Origin: an uncultured archaeon | GTDB taxonomy: Archaea; Thermoplasmatota; Penumbrarchaeia; JASLWR01 | Length of the DNA stretch: 64,000 nucleotides | Assembly (NCBI GenBank): GCA_964342815.1 | Contig: CAYFHS010000017.1 | Span: 13,302-77,301, forward strand | Reading direction: 5' to 3' | Part shown: positions 55,488-64,000 of the stretch, piece after piece | Layout: every line of letters starts with the position of its first letter | How positions within the stretch are numbered: the first letter of the stretch is position 1 | Position numbers and translations under genes: made by a program | The notes under the pieces: model-generated | What the model saw: the letters and a program-made list of their open reading frames with translations, nothing else | Told to the model about the DNA's origin: nothing | Database searches by the model: none

Positions 55488-55612
55488 TATTCTAAAAGAG
55501 GTGGTATTCCTAAGGTCTGAGATCCGGCAAGGACCGGCGCAATGGATGTCCTTAATTCACAGACACTCCGTGACTACCACCACAGTATCTGTTTCTGAAT
55601 ATCCCAGATCGG

Positions 55613-58600
55613 TCAGGTTCTCAATTTCGCCAATATATCTTCGAGTTTCTTCGTAGTATCGGCGACATTCTCCACCTTCCCAGGTGAAGAGGCCGCAGGT
55701 GCTGGTGAGCTTAGCACCGGACTTGTCTTCGCAACAACGGGTGTGGATACGGCGTGGACCGGTGCGGTCTTTGCCACAACCGGTGTTGTGCCTGTCGCTA
55801 CTGGTGCGGTCTTTGCTACTACGGGTGTTGTGACTGCCGGAACTGGTGCGGTCTTTGCTACTACGGGTGTCATGACAGCCGGGAACGGTGCGGTCTTCGC
55901 TACAACCGGCGTTGTAACAGCGGGAACAGGGGAAGTTTTCGCTGCTGCGGGGGCTACCCCGGTGGTAAGAACCGGTGATGTTTTTACCGCTCCGGCGATG
56001 GGTGCCGTGCGCTTGATGGATGACAAGAGTCCTTGAATGTCAACTCCTTCATCCATTTTTCCCTCTTGGGTAATGGAAGCAGGGGGGAGTGCCATTTGAA
56101 CTTCTCCACCAGGAACACTGGTAGTCTTTGGTAACGAAACGTCAACCACTGCAGGTCCCTGGGGCAAGACCGGCGATGTAGATACGATCCTTGGGGCTCC
56201 CTCGCCGACCCCTCCAGGCTGTAGAGAGCCCTGCATCATAGGCTGGGATCCGGGCGGAATGAAATAATCAGCTTGCTGCTGCTGGGGGTAAAAGGGCTGA
56301 GGGGGATATCCATCATATCCGGGAGCTCCGTATCCTTCCATTCCACCATACATGGCCTGCATCTGGGCTTCGAACCTGGACCGGTTCAGCTGATTCAGAT
56401 ATTCCATGTTCTTTCCCTCTTCGATATCCCGATCCTCGCTGGCATCTTCTATGTCCATCTCGTCGCTTATAAAGGAATCGTCCTCTGCGTCGTAATCTAC
56501 CGTGGCATCATAGACAAGGCCCTCAACGTTGTATTTTCTTCTGATGAAGATCATGGTGAACACGGTGATCATGAGGGCGAAGAAAATGATAAGAAAAAGA
56601 AATACATAATCGAGAGAGGAGATCCCGGCTTTTTCGGTAACAGTTACGTTTGTTCTCTCCTCATCTGGTATCATAACACTGAAATGGCCTTTTCCCTTAT
56701 CATCCATTGGAGTTGAATCCTGAATACCCTCGATCTGGGTCGTTATCTGGAAATCACCCTCTTTGGAAAACGTATGGTTGAATTTGACCCGTACGTAGGA
56801 GTTGCTTTCCATAAAGGTTATGTTTTCACGATGGATAAGTTCTCCACCAGAATAGAATTTCACCCACAATTCGCTGCCGAACTTCTCAGAATCAAAGAAC
56901 TGGACTCCCCTGTTAAGAACGTCGACGTAAAGACCCAGGGGCACGTTCTTCTCTACCATATAAACATCCTTGCCAACGACATCCTCAAGATACAGATCGG
57001 TCAACGCAAATTCAAAATCGACAACTCTGATATTGATCGTTGTCTGTTTAACCACATCCGCTCCAACTGTGATCCTTCCCTTTACCTCGAAGGAATAACC
57101 CTTCAGGTCAACGTCTGCAGGTGGTTTGAAAGATAACGCCATTTCTTTGGATTCCCGGTACATGAGAAATAGATTTTTCTGGCCCAGCAATCCCCACTTT
57201 TCTCCAAAGATATCGAAGGACAGGGTAACGTCGCCGTTGCCGGTATTATGTACTTTTAGCTTAACCAACGTCTCACCATGTGGAATTGCATCATAGGTCC
57301 GGTTCGTCTCTTCGAATGAAAAATCGAGGGTTTCTTCCACATTAAGAATGAAGGTCTGCTGGAAGGATATGTTTTTATCACCCATTGAACCCAGTTTCAA
57401 AATGAATTCATATGATTTGGCAGCCTGATCCATGGGGATCTTTACATAGAACGTAGGCTCGGTGGTATAACCAAAATCAACTGTGAACTGCGGCTCAGGG
57501 ATGTATATCCACTGCGGGTAATCACTCTCCACTTCCCAGGTATAGGTATCTTCAATATTACCGATATTCCGCAGCATTATGCCAAAGGATACGTTATCGC
57601 CGATGAACCCGCTTTCCGTGGAAAGGTTACACGTTATTTCAGCATTGTATATTGGAATCACATTTACCGTAAATTCCACAGTGTCCTGGATCTTCAAGGG
57701 CACATCCGTAAGCACGTCAATGGTGAATTTATATTTACCTACCGGAGTGCTCGGCGGAACCTTGACCTTGTACTCTATATCAGCTTCCAGATCCTGTGGC
57801 AGTCCGCCCTCCCGGATATCGGAAGAATCCACCCATTCTTCCCATTCAGTGGGTTGGTTTGGACTGTCCGAAACGACAAAAGTGCCAGGGTTGCCGATGA
57901 CATCGTCCAGATCGTTACCTTTGTTGATTATGGTAAAGGTAAAGGTCGAATAGCCTCCGGGCTGCCCATTTCTTTCCAAAATGAGCGTCTCGTCCTCAAC
58001 AATATCTATCTCATAGATGTGTTTCACAATGGTCTGAACAAAACCCCGCTCGATCTCCGCATATTCCGAATCGATGGGTTTCGCACATAGAGTGGTAATT
58101 TGGCTGAATCCCGCATCGGCATCCTCGGGCAGATACACTATTACCGGCACCACCACCGTTCGCCCCATCTGTATATTCAACCTACCCTGCGTATCATCCA
58201 CCAGCAGTGCAACCCATTCACTATGAGAGCTGTCGACCCAAAGGTCATAAATATCGTTTCCATTACCGAGATTCTGGATCTGGAATTCATATAGCACGTC
58301 CTCCCCGGGAAGTTTGTACTGCATATCCGGTGTCTTAATATCGATCCTATGAAGAAGAAGAACGTCAATATTAAATGTCAATGTGGACCTGTTGGAAGAA
58401 AGTTTGGATCTCAGAGTGACATCAAGGGAATATTTCCCAACCATTGCACTGTAAAGGTCGCCTACCACGATACGAACTGTCATCTTTCTTATTTTCTTTG
58501 CATCATCCTCGGGGCTTGAAAGCGGCGGTATCCGAGGGAACTTATCAGGATAGAGGATTATATTCCATCCCTTGATCTTTGTGCTGTCCACAACATAATC

Positions 58601-58897
58601 GTCATAGAAATTACCTTCATTGGTAACGGTACAATTGAAGGAGACAAGGTCCATGGGATAGGCTTTTTTGGTCTGTGGATCAGGACCCTCTTCGTTACAT
58701 TTAAGCACGGGCGTGAACTGAGGTCCACGTGTCGAATCGGTTGAATCATCATCGACCTCCTCCGGTTCCGACACTTTTGTTTCGGGTATTCTTGCATTAT
58801 CCGTAAAAGCGGAAAAAGGAGTCAACATGACTATAGTTATCACAAACATTATTACGATGGCTTTAAAATGACCTTTCACGTACGAAATCAAAATCAT
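55613..58897 (-). CDS. Multi-Ig-like surface protein (paralogue A) with TM, acidic segment and Pro/Thr-rich repetitive cytoplasmic tail
   Basis: Repeated F.I.N.GN..D Ig-like units (COG1470/NEW3-like); TM YVFLFLIIFFALMITVFTMIFI; the N-terminal ~600 aa are collinear with the gene at 60355-63291. Confidence 0.9.
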   Translation of the reverse strand: MILISYVKGHFKAIVIMFVITIVMLTPFSAFTDNARIPETKVSEPEEVDDDSTDSTRGPQFTPVLKCNEEGPDPQTKKAYPMDLVSFNCTVTNEGNFYDDYVVDSTKIKGWNIILYPDKFPRIPPLSSPEDDAKKIRKMTVRIVVGDLYSAMVGKYSLDVTLRSKLSSNRSTLTFNIDVLLLHRIDIKTPDMQYKLPGEDVLYEFQIQNLGNGNDIYDLWVDSSHSEWVALLVDDTQGRLNIQMGRTVVVPVIVYLPEDADAGFSQITTLCAKPIDSEYAEIERGFVQTIVKHIYEIDIVEDETLILERNGQPGGYSTFTFTIINKGNDLDDVIGNPGTFVVSDSPNQPTEWEEWVDSSDIREGGLPQDLEADIEYKVKVPPSTPVGKYKFTIDVLTDVPLKIQDTVEFTVNVIPIYNAEITCNLSTESGFIGDNVSFGIMLRNIGNIEDTYTWEVESDYPQWIYIPEPQFTVDFGYTTEPTFYVKIPMDQAAKSYEFILKLGSMGDKNISFQQTFILNVEETLDFSFEETNRTYDAIPHGETLVKLKVHNTGNGDVTLSFDIFGEKWGLLGQKNLFLMYRESKEMALSFKPPADVDLKGYSFEVKGRITVGADVVKQTTINIRVVDFEFALTDLYLEDVVGKDVYMVEKNVPLGLYVDVLNRGVQFFDSEKFGSELWVKFYSGGELIHRENITFMESNSYVRVKFNHTFSKEGDFQITTQIEGIQDSTPMDDKGKGHFSVMIPDEERTNVTVTEKAGISSLDYVFLFLIIFFALMITVFTMIFIRRKYNVEGLVYDATVDYDAEDDSFISDEMDIEDASEDRDIEEGKNMEYLNQLNRSRFEAQMQAMYGGMEGYGAPGYDGYPPQPFYPQQQQADYFIPPGSQPMMQGSLQPGGVGEGAPRIVSTSPVLPQGPAVVDVSLPKTTSVPGGEVQMALPPASITQEGKMDEGVDIQGLLSSIKRTAPIAGAVKTSPVLTTGVAPAAAKTSPVPAVTTPVVAKTAPFPAVMTPVVAKTAPVPAVTTPVVAKTAPVATGTTPVVAKTAPVHAVSTPVVAKTSPVLSSPAPAASSPGKVENVADTTKKLEDILAKLRT
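55716..55988 (-). repeat. Intragenic 42-bp (14-aa) tandem repeat, about 6-7 copies
   Basis: GGTGCGGTCTT at 55761, 55803, 55845 and 55887 (42-bp period); encodes AKTAPVxxxTTPVV. Confidence 0.9.
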
Positions 58898-59173
58898 CCC
58901 TCCATTGAATTAATTCTAATATATTTATCCGTTCCCACCTCTATCTGGTATATTAAATGAGATATGGGAATATAAATATTTAAAGTGATTGTTGAGAATC
59001 GTCCAGGAATATAAGTGAGCAGGTCTCCGTTGGTCTTTCGTTTTCTTAGCATACTTATCTGCCTCCGTAAATCACTTGGATCGGAAACCGGGCAGAAATC
59101 ATACCGCACGTCGGTCCGAAAATTAAGCTGATATAACATCCATGATCATTTAGAGATATATAAATGTTGAAAG

Positions 59174-59193
59174 TCTTATGACATTTTTAGACA
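59174..59193. promoter_or_regulatory. Shared 20-bp upstream motif, copy 1 (candidate operator)
   Basis: TCTTATGACATTTTTAGACA; 18/20 identical to 63377-63396. Confidence 0.55.
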
Positions 59194-59243
59194 GGAGGGA
59201 TAGATATCATAAAACAGTTAAGATCATCCACAAAAAACCTACT

Positions 59244-60200
59244 TTATAATCCTTTGTGATATCTCCGATACATGACGCGATCGACCTCACTTTCAATGAT
59301 ATCCGGTATGAACATTCTCTTTTTCGTGGTGCTATAGACGTTCTGGTTTGACGAGGTCTTCGATTTTACGACATATCCTCTCTTCTCGAGTGTTTTCAAG
59401 CGACTGTCAAGATACTTTCTAGGATAGAATTCCTTGATCTCTTTGTTGAGCCGATCATGGTAATAACCATCCGATATTCCAAAAACGTCCGCAATATCAT
59501 CCCTATTTACGTGATTATTGCCGTAGTACTTTTCGTATTTCGATACGATCAGGAATATCTGCTGGAGAATATCCTTGTTCCTTTCCCTCATCTCCAACAC
59601 CAGTGAGTGGAACTCCCGAAGGAAATAACGAGGGAACCTCGGTAGATATCCTCTTTTTACCAGTTTATGACCATCATTTGAAATTGGATAACTGCAATTA
59701 TCAAAAATGATCCCCAATTCTTCCAGTCCGACTTTTTCCTTTTCAAGAAATCTCCGAACCGTCTCATATCCATCCTTCCGGATTATTTCTGCAGTGGTGA
59801 ATCCGGTCCTTCCGAGATAGATAGACGCGCACTTGATCTGATCTAATAAACCCTGAATAAGTCCCCCGTCGCCACTCCCCTCAACCATGGCTTTTGACAC
59901 AGTCCTCCCTTCCTCCACCTTTATCGAAGCGTCGCCCAGACTGACATATGTCTTACCGTTATTGCAGTATTTCCTGATGAATTTTCGAGAAAAAGTGTTT
60001 TTGAGAAAAGCCTTCATCTGGTCCTCGGTCAAACCGTAGGCCTTCCTGAGGAGCCTTTCGCGTCTGTTAAATTTTTTCAATTCCACAGGTCCCTCAAGAA
60101 GTAAAAATCCGACCAGGGTGCAAAGTATTTCCTCTTCATTTCCCTCAGCCGGTTTTCCCCTGAGATTCGCTTTGCTCTTTGAGCGCCAACTCTTTTTCAT
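59244..60200 (-). CDS. Basic hypothetical protein with multiple winged-helix-like repeats
   Basis: 318 aa; wHTH-like endings FLKNTFSRKFIRKYCNNGKTYVSL, LVKRGYL and LDSRLKTLEKRGYVVKSKTSSNQNVYSTT. Confidence 0.7.
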   Translation of the reverse strand: MKKSWRSKSKANLRGKPAEGNEEEILCTLVGFLLLEGPVELKKFNRRERLLRKAYGLTEDQMKAFLKNTFSRKFIRKYCNNGKTYVSLGDASIKVEEGRTVSKAMVEGSGDGGLIQGLLDQIKCASIYLGRTGFTTAEIIRKDGYETVRRFLEKEKVGLEELGIIFDNCSYPISNDGHKLVKRGYLPRFPRYFLREFHSLVLEMRERNKDILQQIFLIVSKYEKYYGNNHVNRDDIADVFGISDGYYHDRLNKEIKEFYPRKYLDSRLKTLEKRGYVVKSKTSSNQNVYSTTKKRMFIPDIIESEVDRVMYRRYHKGL

Positions 60201-60354
60201 GTTGGGTCTCCCGGGCCCCTGTGTAGCAAGCCGTCATCGATCATCCCCAGGATCCGTACCTTTGTAAAATCCGGAGGACTATTAGATATTCGTCCATTGT
60301 TTGCCATAGCGCCATCCAGTTCAACAGCTACCAATCTTCATTTTTCAATGCTAC

Positions 60355-63291
60355 TCAATTCATTCCGAATCGAATTTCATCTTCAATATCTTTAGAGTAA
60401 TAATGGGGAATGCCGGCAATGGATTTCGTGTAAACATGATCATTTGTGATTAAAATTTTCAGATTTCTCTTTATAATTTTATCATCCAATTTCATTTTAT
60501 TTTTTATATGTCCCATCCTCTCAGAAAGGTCATCGAAATTGATCCCGTTCTCATTCATTGATATGACACCCATTACAGAATACCTCGTTAGCATGTTCCT
60601 GTTGCGCCTCTTCTTCCCCTTTATCACCACACCCGTACCCAGAAGAATCACTGAAATAAGAATACCTATAATAAGACGGAGGTTCTGCATGGACAAAAAG
60701 CTGTTATCTTCCTCTCCCTCAAACAGGTCTTTACCGGTGGACACCGGCGACAAAGTGAAGGTACTCAGGACGGAGCCTCCTTCATCTCGGTATGAAAGCA
60801 GCACTGCATTACCCTCATTAGTTACGACTTTTGACCAATCTATTTCATACTCGATACGATCCGAATCCTCAATTGGCATATCTTTTAAAACCACCGCCAA
60901 TGAATTCCCATCTGCTTCCACTTTGATGACTGTGAAGTCATATTCATAATTGTGGAATTTTATGTTATATATGTTTCTCTCTATCCGGTCCATGACCATA
61001 TCCTTTATACTTATTTGGTACCCCTTATCCCTAAAAAGGCGTGTGAATAGAATGCTGTAAGGGTTATTGAATTGGGGCCATTTGATCTCGAACGCGTGCT
61101 CTTCCGAATTACCCTCGAAACACATATCCGTAAAAACTATTGAAGCCCGATCCTCTCCACGGGCTTTAATGATGACAAGAGAGTATTTTTCGTTCGAAAT
61201 ATCATGGAATATGTTCTCCCCGTCCAGACGTACTGTAATATCCAATCGAGAGGTATCTGATACTACATATCGTTCCTGAAAGACGTCATCCGGGATCGAA
61301 GGCCATAAATTAGTAAAACCATCCGGATTTTCAGATGATACTACGGTGGAATTGTCGATTTCGCCTTCGATCTGCAGTTCATACGCTCCGCCGGAAAACA
61401 GAACCTCGAAATATTCATCGGTCGGCCCGGGTTCCAGCAAGTTTATTTTCAGTGTAATATTCTCCCTTGAGCCGGTCTCCTTGAATATTTCGCCGATGAT
61501 GAGAAAGGCATAATCGGTCAGCTCGATCCCATGCGGGGGCCTGAAGGACAATTTTAATTCTTTTACCTCACCAAATCCGAGGAATAGATTATTATACGCC
61601 AGTATTCCCCAGGGTTCTCCAAAAATATCCAGCGAGATCGGCAGATCGGCATTTCCATTATTCTCTATCATCAAATGTACGAGAATTTCACTTCCTATCA
61701 CGACATCTAAGGTTTCATTCAGAACAGAAAACGAAAAATCCAGGGTTTCTGCCACCTTTACTTCAAACCTCTGCTCAAAGGTGATGTTCTCATCACCTTC
61801 CGAAAACAAGGTGTACAGGAATTCATATATACCGGCCGGGGCGCTCATCGGCACACGTACATTGAAAAATGTCTGATATGAATCTCCGAAATCAACAGTG
61901 AATTTTGGTCTACCAATCCATATCCAATGTGAATCGTGGCCTTCGATCCTTAGCGAGTAGGTGTCTCGTAAGTTTCCCGTATTGTTTAGCCGAGCGAAAA
62001 AGGAAATGTTGTCCCCAATATCAGCATCCATCGATGTAACATTGAATTCCATCTCCGCATTATGAAACGTCAATACGGTTACTGAAAACGAAACCGTCTC
62101 CTGATGTGTCAGGGGAATATCGCTGTATATGTCCACGACGAAGTCGTAGGTTCCTGCAGGGGTTAATGGCGGGATCCGTACCCCAAAGGAGATGTCCGCT
62201 GCCAGGCCCTTGGGTAGACCGCCTTCATTTATCGAGGAACTATCAATATCGGTTACCCAGTTCACAGGTATAACAGGGGATCGGGATAACACGAAGGTAC
62301 CGGGTGAACCGATGATCGTATCCGGGCCGTTACCCTTATTTATGATCTCAAAGGTGAATGAAAGTTCATCTCCAGGGATGCCTTCCATTGTATTTCCCAG
62401 CCCGTCTCGATCCACCTCAATTCTCGTTATGTTACCGATTATCGTCTTTACGTAACTCCGCTCCACAGGAGCCGCGGACTCTCCCTTCAGCTTTGCGGCA
62501 AAAGTGGTCACATGGACGTAACCTGCATCCGCATCAAATGGAATGAACACGATAACCGGGGCGACCACTCCTTTACCAATATGGAGATTTAGTGTTTCCA
62601 TGGAGTCGTCAACAAGTTTGACTGACCAGTCGGGATCGGAAGATTCAATCCATATTTCGTATGTATCGTTGACATTTCCCGTGTTCCATATCTGGAACTC
62701 GTAGATTACCTCTTCACCAGGCAGTCGGGTTTTCTGTGAAGGGGCAGTTATATCGACTCTGTGGAGAGGCAGCACCTCAACAGTAAAATTTATTTTGGAC
62801 GTGTTGACGGATAGTGAGGAACGCAGAGTTACTTCGAAGGAATAATTGCCCACGTTGGCATTGGATAAATCCCCTACAACGATACGAACCGTCAAACTTT
62901 TTATTTTTTCTGAATCATTCAAAGGGCTCGAAAGCGGCGGTATTCGGGGGAACTTATCAGGATGGAAGACAATATCCCACCCTTGAATCGGGATACAATC
63001 CACACTATAGTCATCATACATGTCACCCTCATTGGTAACGGTACAGTTAAAAATAACCACATCACCCGGGTAGGCTGACTTCGTTGTGTTTTCGGTGCAT
63101 TCAAGAACGGGTGTGAACTGCGGCGCCCTGGTGGGCCGGGGTGAATCGCGGTCGGAACTGGTATTATTGAGGTCTCCAACCGTTGTGAGAACTTCATCGC
63201 TGTTCACAAATATCATTGAGCCCGGTAGAAGGAAAAGTACGCTTAACAAAAATACCATCAGCATTCTAGGAGTTCTTGTTCCATTGGACAA
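60355..63291 (-). CDS. Multi-Ig-like surface protein (paralogue B) with TM and cytoplasmic winged-helix-like domain
   Basis: Shares FNCTVTNEG, PDKFPRIPPLSSP and TVRIVVGDL with paralogue A; TM LIIGILISVILLGTGVVI; tail RYSVMGVISMNENGINFDDLSERM...IIKRNLKILITNDHVYTKSIAGIPHYY. Confidence 0.88.
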   Translation of the reverse strand: MSNGTRTPRMLMVFLLSVLFLLPGSMIFVNSDEVLTTVGDLNNTSSDRDSPRPTRAPQFTPVLECTENTTKSAYPGDVVIFNCTVTNEGDMYDDYSVDCIPIQGWDIVFHPDKFPRIPPLSSPLNDSEKIKSLTVRIVVGDLSNANVGNYSFEVTLRSSLSVNTSKINFTVEVLPLHRVDITAPSQKTRLPGEEVIYEFQIWNTGNVNDTYEIWIESSDPDWSVKLVDDSMETLNLHIGKGVVAPVIVFIPFDADAGYVHVTTFAAKLKGESAAPVERSYVKTIIGNITRIEVDRDGLGNTMEGIPGDELSFTFEIINKGNGPDTIIGSPGTFVLSRSPVIPVNWVTDIDSSSINEGGLPKGLAADISFGVRIPPLTPAGTYDFVVDIYSDIPLTHQETVSFSVTVLTFHNAEMEFNVTSMDADIGDNISFFARLNNTGNLRDTYSLRIEGHDSHWIWIGRPKFTVDFGDSYQTFFNVRVPMSAPAGIYEFLYTLFSEGDENITFEQRFEVKVAETLDFSFSVLNETLDVVIGSEILVHLMIENNGNADLPISLDIFGEPWGILAYNNLFLGFGEVKELKLSFRPPHGIELTDYAFLIIGEIFKETGSRENITLKINLLEPGPTDEYFEVLFSGGAYELQIEGEIDNSTVVSSENPDGFTNLWPSIPDDVFQERYVVSDTSRLDITVRLDGENIFHDISNEKYSLVIIKARGEDRASIVFTDMCFEGNSEEHAFEIKWPQFNNPYSILFTRLFRDKGYQISIKDMVMDRIERNIYNIKFHNYEYDFTVIKVEADGNSLAVVLKDMPIEDSDRIEYEIDWSKVVTNEGNAVLLSYRDEGGSVLSTFTLSPVSTGKDLFEGEEDNSFLSMQNLRLIIGILISVILLGTGVVIKGKKRRNRNMLTRYSVMGVISMNENGINFDDLSERMGHIKNKMKLDDKIIKRNLKILITNDHVYTKSIAGIPHYYSKDIEDEIRFGMN

Positions 63292-63376
63292 TTTTTTGCC
63301 TCCCTATAATATATTTATTTCATTAGTTATAAAATGATATTGGAACAGTTATTTGAGAATATAAAAGTAATGAGTA

Positions 63377-63396
63377 TCTTATGACATTTCTTGACA
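63377..63396. promoter_or_regulatory. Shared 20-bp upstream motif, copy 2 (candidate operator; TGACA-N5-TGACA direct repeat)
   Basis: TCTTATGACATTTCTTGACA; ATTTCTTGACAAT recurs at 63784-63796. Confidence 0.55.
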
Positions 63397-63439
63397 ATGT
63401 GTTATTCTTAGATTCCATAACCCTCTAGGTGTTCTTATT

Positions 63440-63477
63440 CGAGGCCTGCGATATTAAAGTACGCAGGCCTCGCCTAC
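63440..63477 (-). repeat. REP-like palindrome (GTAG plus 11-bp stem)
   Basis: Minus strand reads GTAGG-CGAGGCCTGCG-tactttaatat-CGCAGGCCTCG. Confidence 0.6.
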
Positions 63478-63508
63478 GATTACAAAAGGAGAAAGTCAAA
63501 ATCACCTA

Positions 63509-63587
63509 AGGTCGGCCCTGGTCCGTAGGCACACCTGCCGAGGACGCAGGTGCGTGAAATGCACCGTAACGCAGTGGGCGCCGACCT
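63509..63587 (+). repeat. Multi-hairpin element, single core unit (B)
   Basis: AGGTCGGC/GCCGACCT closing stem; GTCC-GTAG-GCAcaccTGC-CGA-GGAC-GCAG-GTGC/GCAC-CGTAAC. Confidence 0.72.
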
Positions 63588-63630
63588 AGAGGGCAGCCCT
63601 CCTCCATTTTCTCAATATTATTTTTGGGTC

Positions 63631-63719
63631 GGACCTGCGTTTCTTACGTCGCCCGTAGGCTTAAAAGGCGAGGGCTCAGGTGTGACGTAGTTACACCGGA
63701 GTGAAACGGGAGCAGGTCC
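63631..63719 (+). repeat. Multi-hairpin element, single core unit (C)
   Basis: GGACCTGC/GCAGGTCC closing stem; GCCC-GTAG...CGA-GGGC-TCAG-GTGTGAC/GTTACAC-CGGAGTGAAACGGG. Confidence 0.72.
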
Positions 63720-63837
63720 TCTATGGAAAGAAAAGAAGAAATCATAGCCCCAAAGGCTTGATTGTAATCCAGGATAGCACAATATTTCTTGACAATATGT
63801 TCAAAGGTGTGACTGCCTCCTTCGTAGGTTTTATGAA

Positions 63838-63996
63838 GCGGAATTGATCCTCCGGGCGCACACTTCATTACGCAACACCTTTCAGGCGTTGCTGCGCCCT
63901 CGGCAAGTGTGCCTACGGGCCACGATTCCGCGAACTATGACAGGTAACGGCTTGCCAAGTCACGTCTTGGCAAGTTAGCTGAATCTCTGATTCAGC
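63838..63996 (-). repeat. Multi-hairpin element E3 (inverted copy) with upstream hairpins
   Basis: Minus strand: GTTCGCGGAATC-gtg-GCCC-GTAG-GCAcactTGC-CGA-GGGC-GCAG-CAACGCCT/AGGTGTTG-CGTAAT...AATTCCGC; flanking hairpins CTTGCCAAG/CTTGGCAAG and GCTGAATC/GATTCAGC. Confidence 0.72.
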
Positions 63997-64000
63997 GAAA

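Noticed and set aside
58894-59139. 81-aa ORF between paralogue A and the wHTH gene
   Set aside because: No motif, no clear RBS, and it covers the probable promoter of paralogue A.
55613-63291. Paralogous Ig genes as a DGR template/variable pair or recent gene conversion
   Set aside because: Divergence is spread throughout and is not adenine-specific, there is no long near-identical DNA tract by eye, and no reverse transcriptase is in the window.
63549-63570. GTGCGTGAAATGCAC as group II intron domain V
   Set aside because: It lacks the catalytic triad and bulge geometry and domain VI, and is explained as the second hairpin of the core unit.
1-64000. Many antisense or overlapping ORFs in the six-frame track
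   Set aside because: They are shadows of well-supported genes on the opposite strand or frame and have no family motifs.

Overview
Archaeal chromosomal window, most consistent with an uncultured Thermoplasmatota lineage (inferred from archaeal-type AspRS, DnaG, aMBF1, NMD3, LSm, RecJ-like DHH nuclease and AglB, plus many large C-terminally anchored surface proteins). About 37 intact or partial CDSs: housekeeping genes interleaved with single-pass surface proteins (PKD, GLUG, carboxypeptidase-regulatory-like, Ig-like, choice-of-anchor T/X, S8 protease). Also present: a ~2,740-aa AglB with about 8 extra TM helices and a long Ig-like stalk; a coiled-coil protein with three tandem RING/PHD-like fingers; and a small toxin-antitoxin cluster with one intact, one decayed and one orphan module. 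I recognised no rRNA, tRNA, CRISPR-Cas or transposase. The most striking unannotated signal is a dispersed family of modular multi-hairpin elements at 1.6-2.0 kb, 30.1-30.3 kb and 63.4-64.0 kb. It has 7 copies of a core unit (stem-GTAG-hairpin-YGA-stem-NCAG-hairpin-CGGAAT-like) with compensatory stem changes, and three of the elements share a terminal closing stem. All three loci lie upstream of cell-envelope genes. A separate 65-bp tandem repeat with covarying hairpins follows the USP gene. A candidate transmembrane signalling locus at 52.5-63.4 kb contains Ig-TM-wHTH, multi-wHTH, an Ig-TM paralogue, a zinc-ribbon membrane protein and an anchored subtilase, with a shared 20-bp upstream motif.
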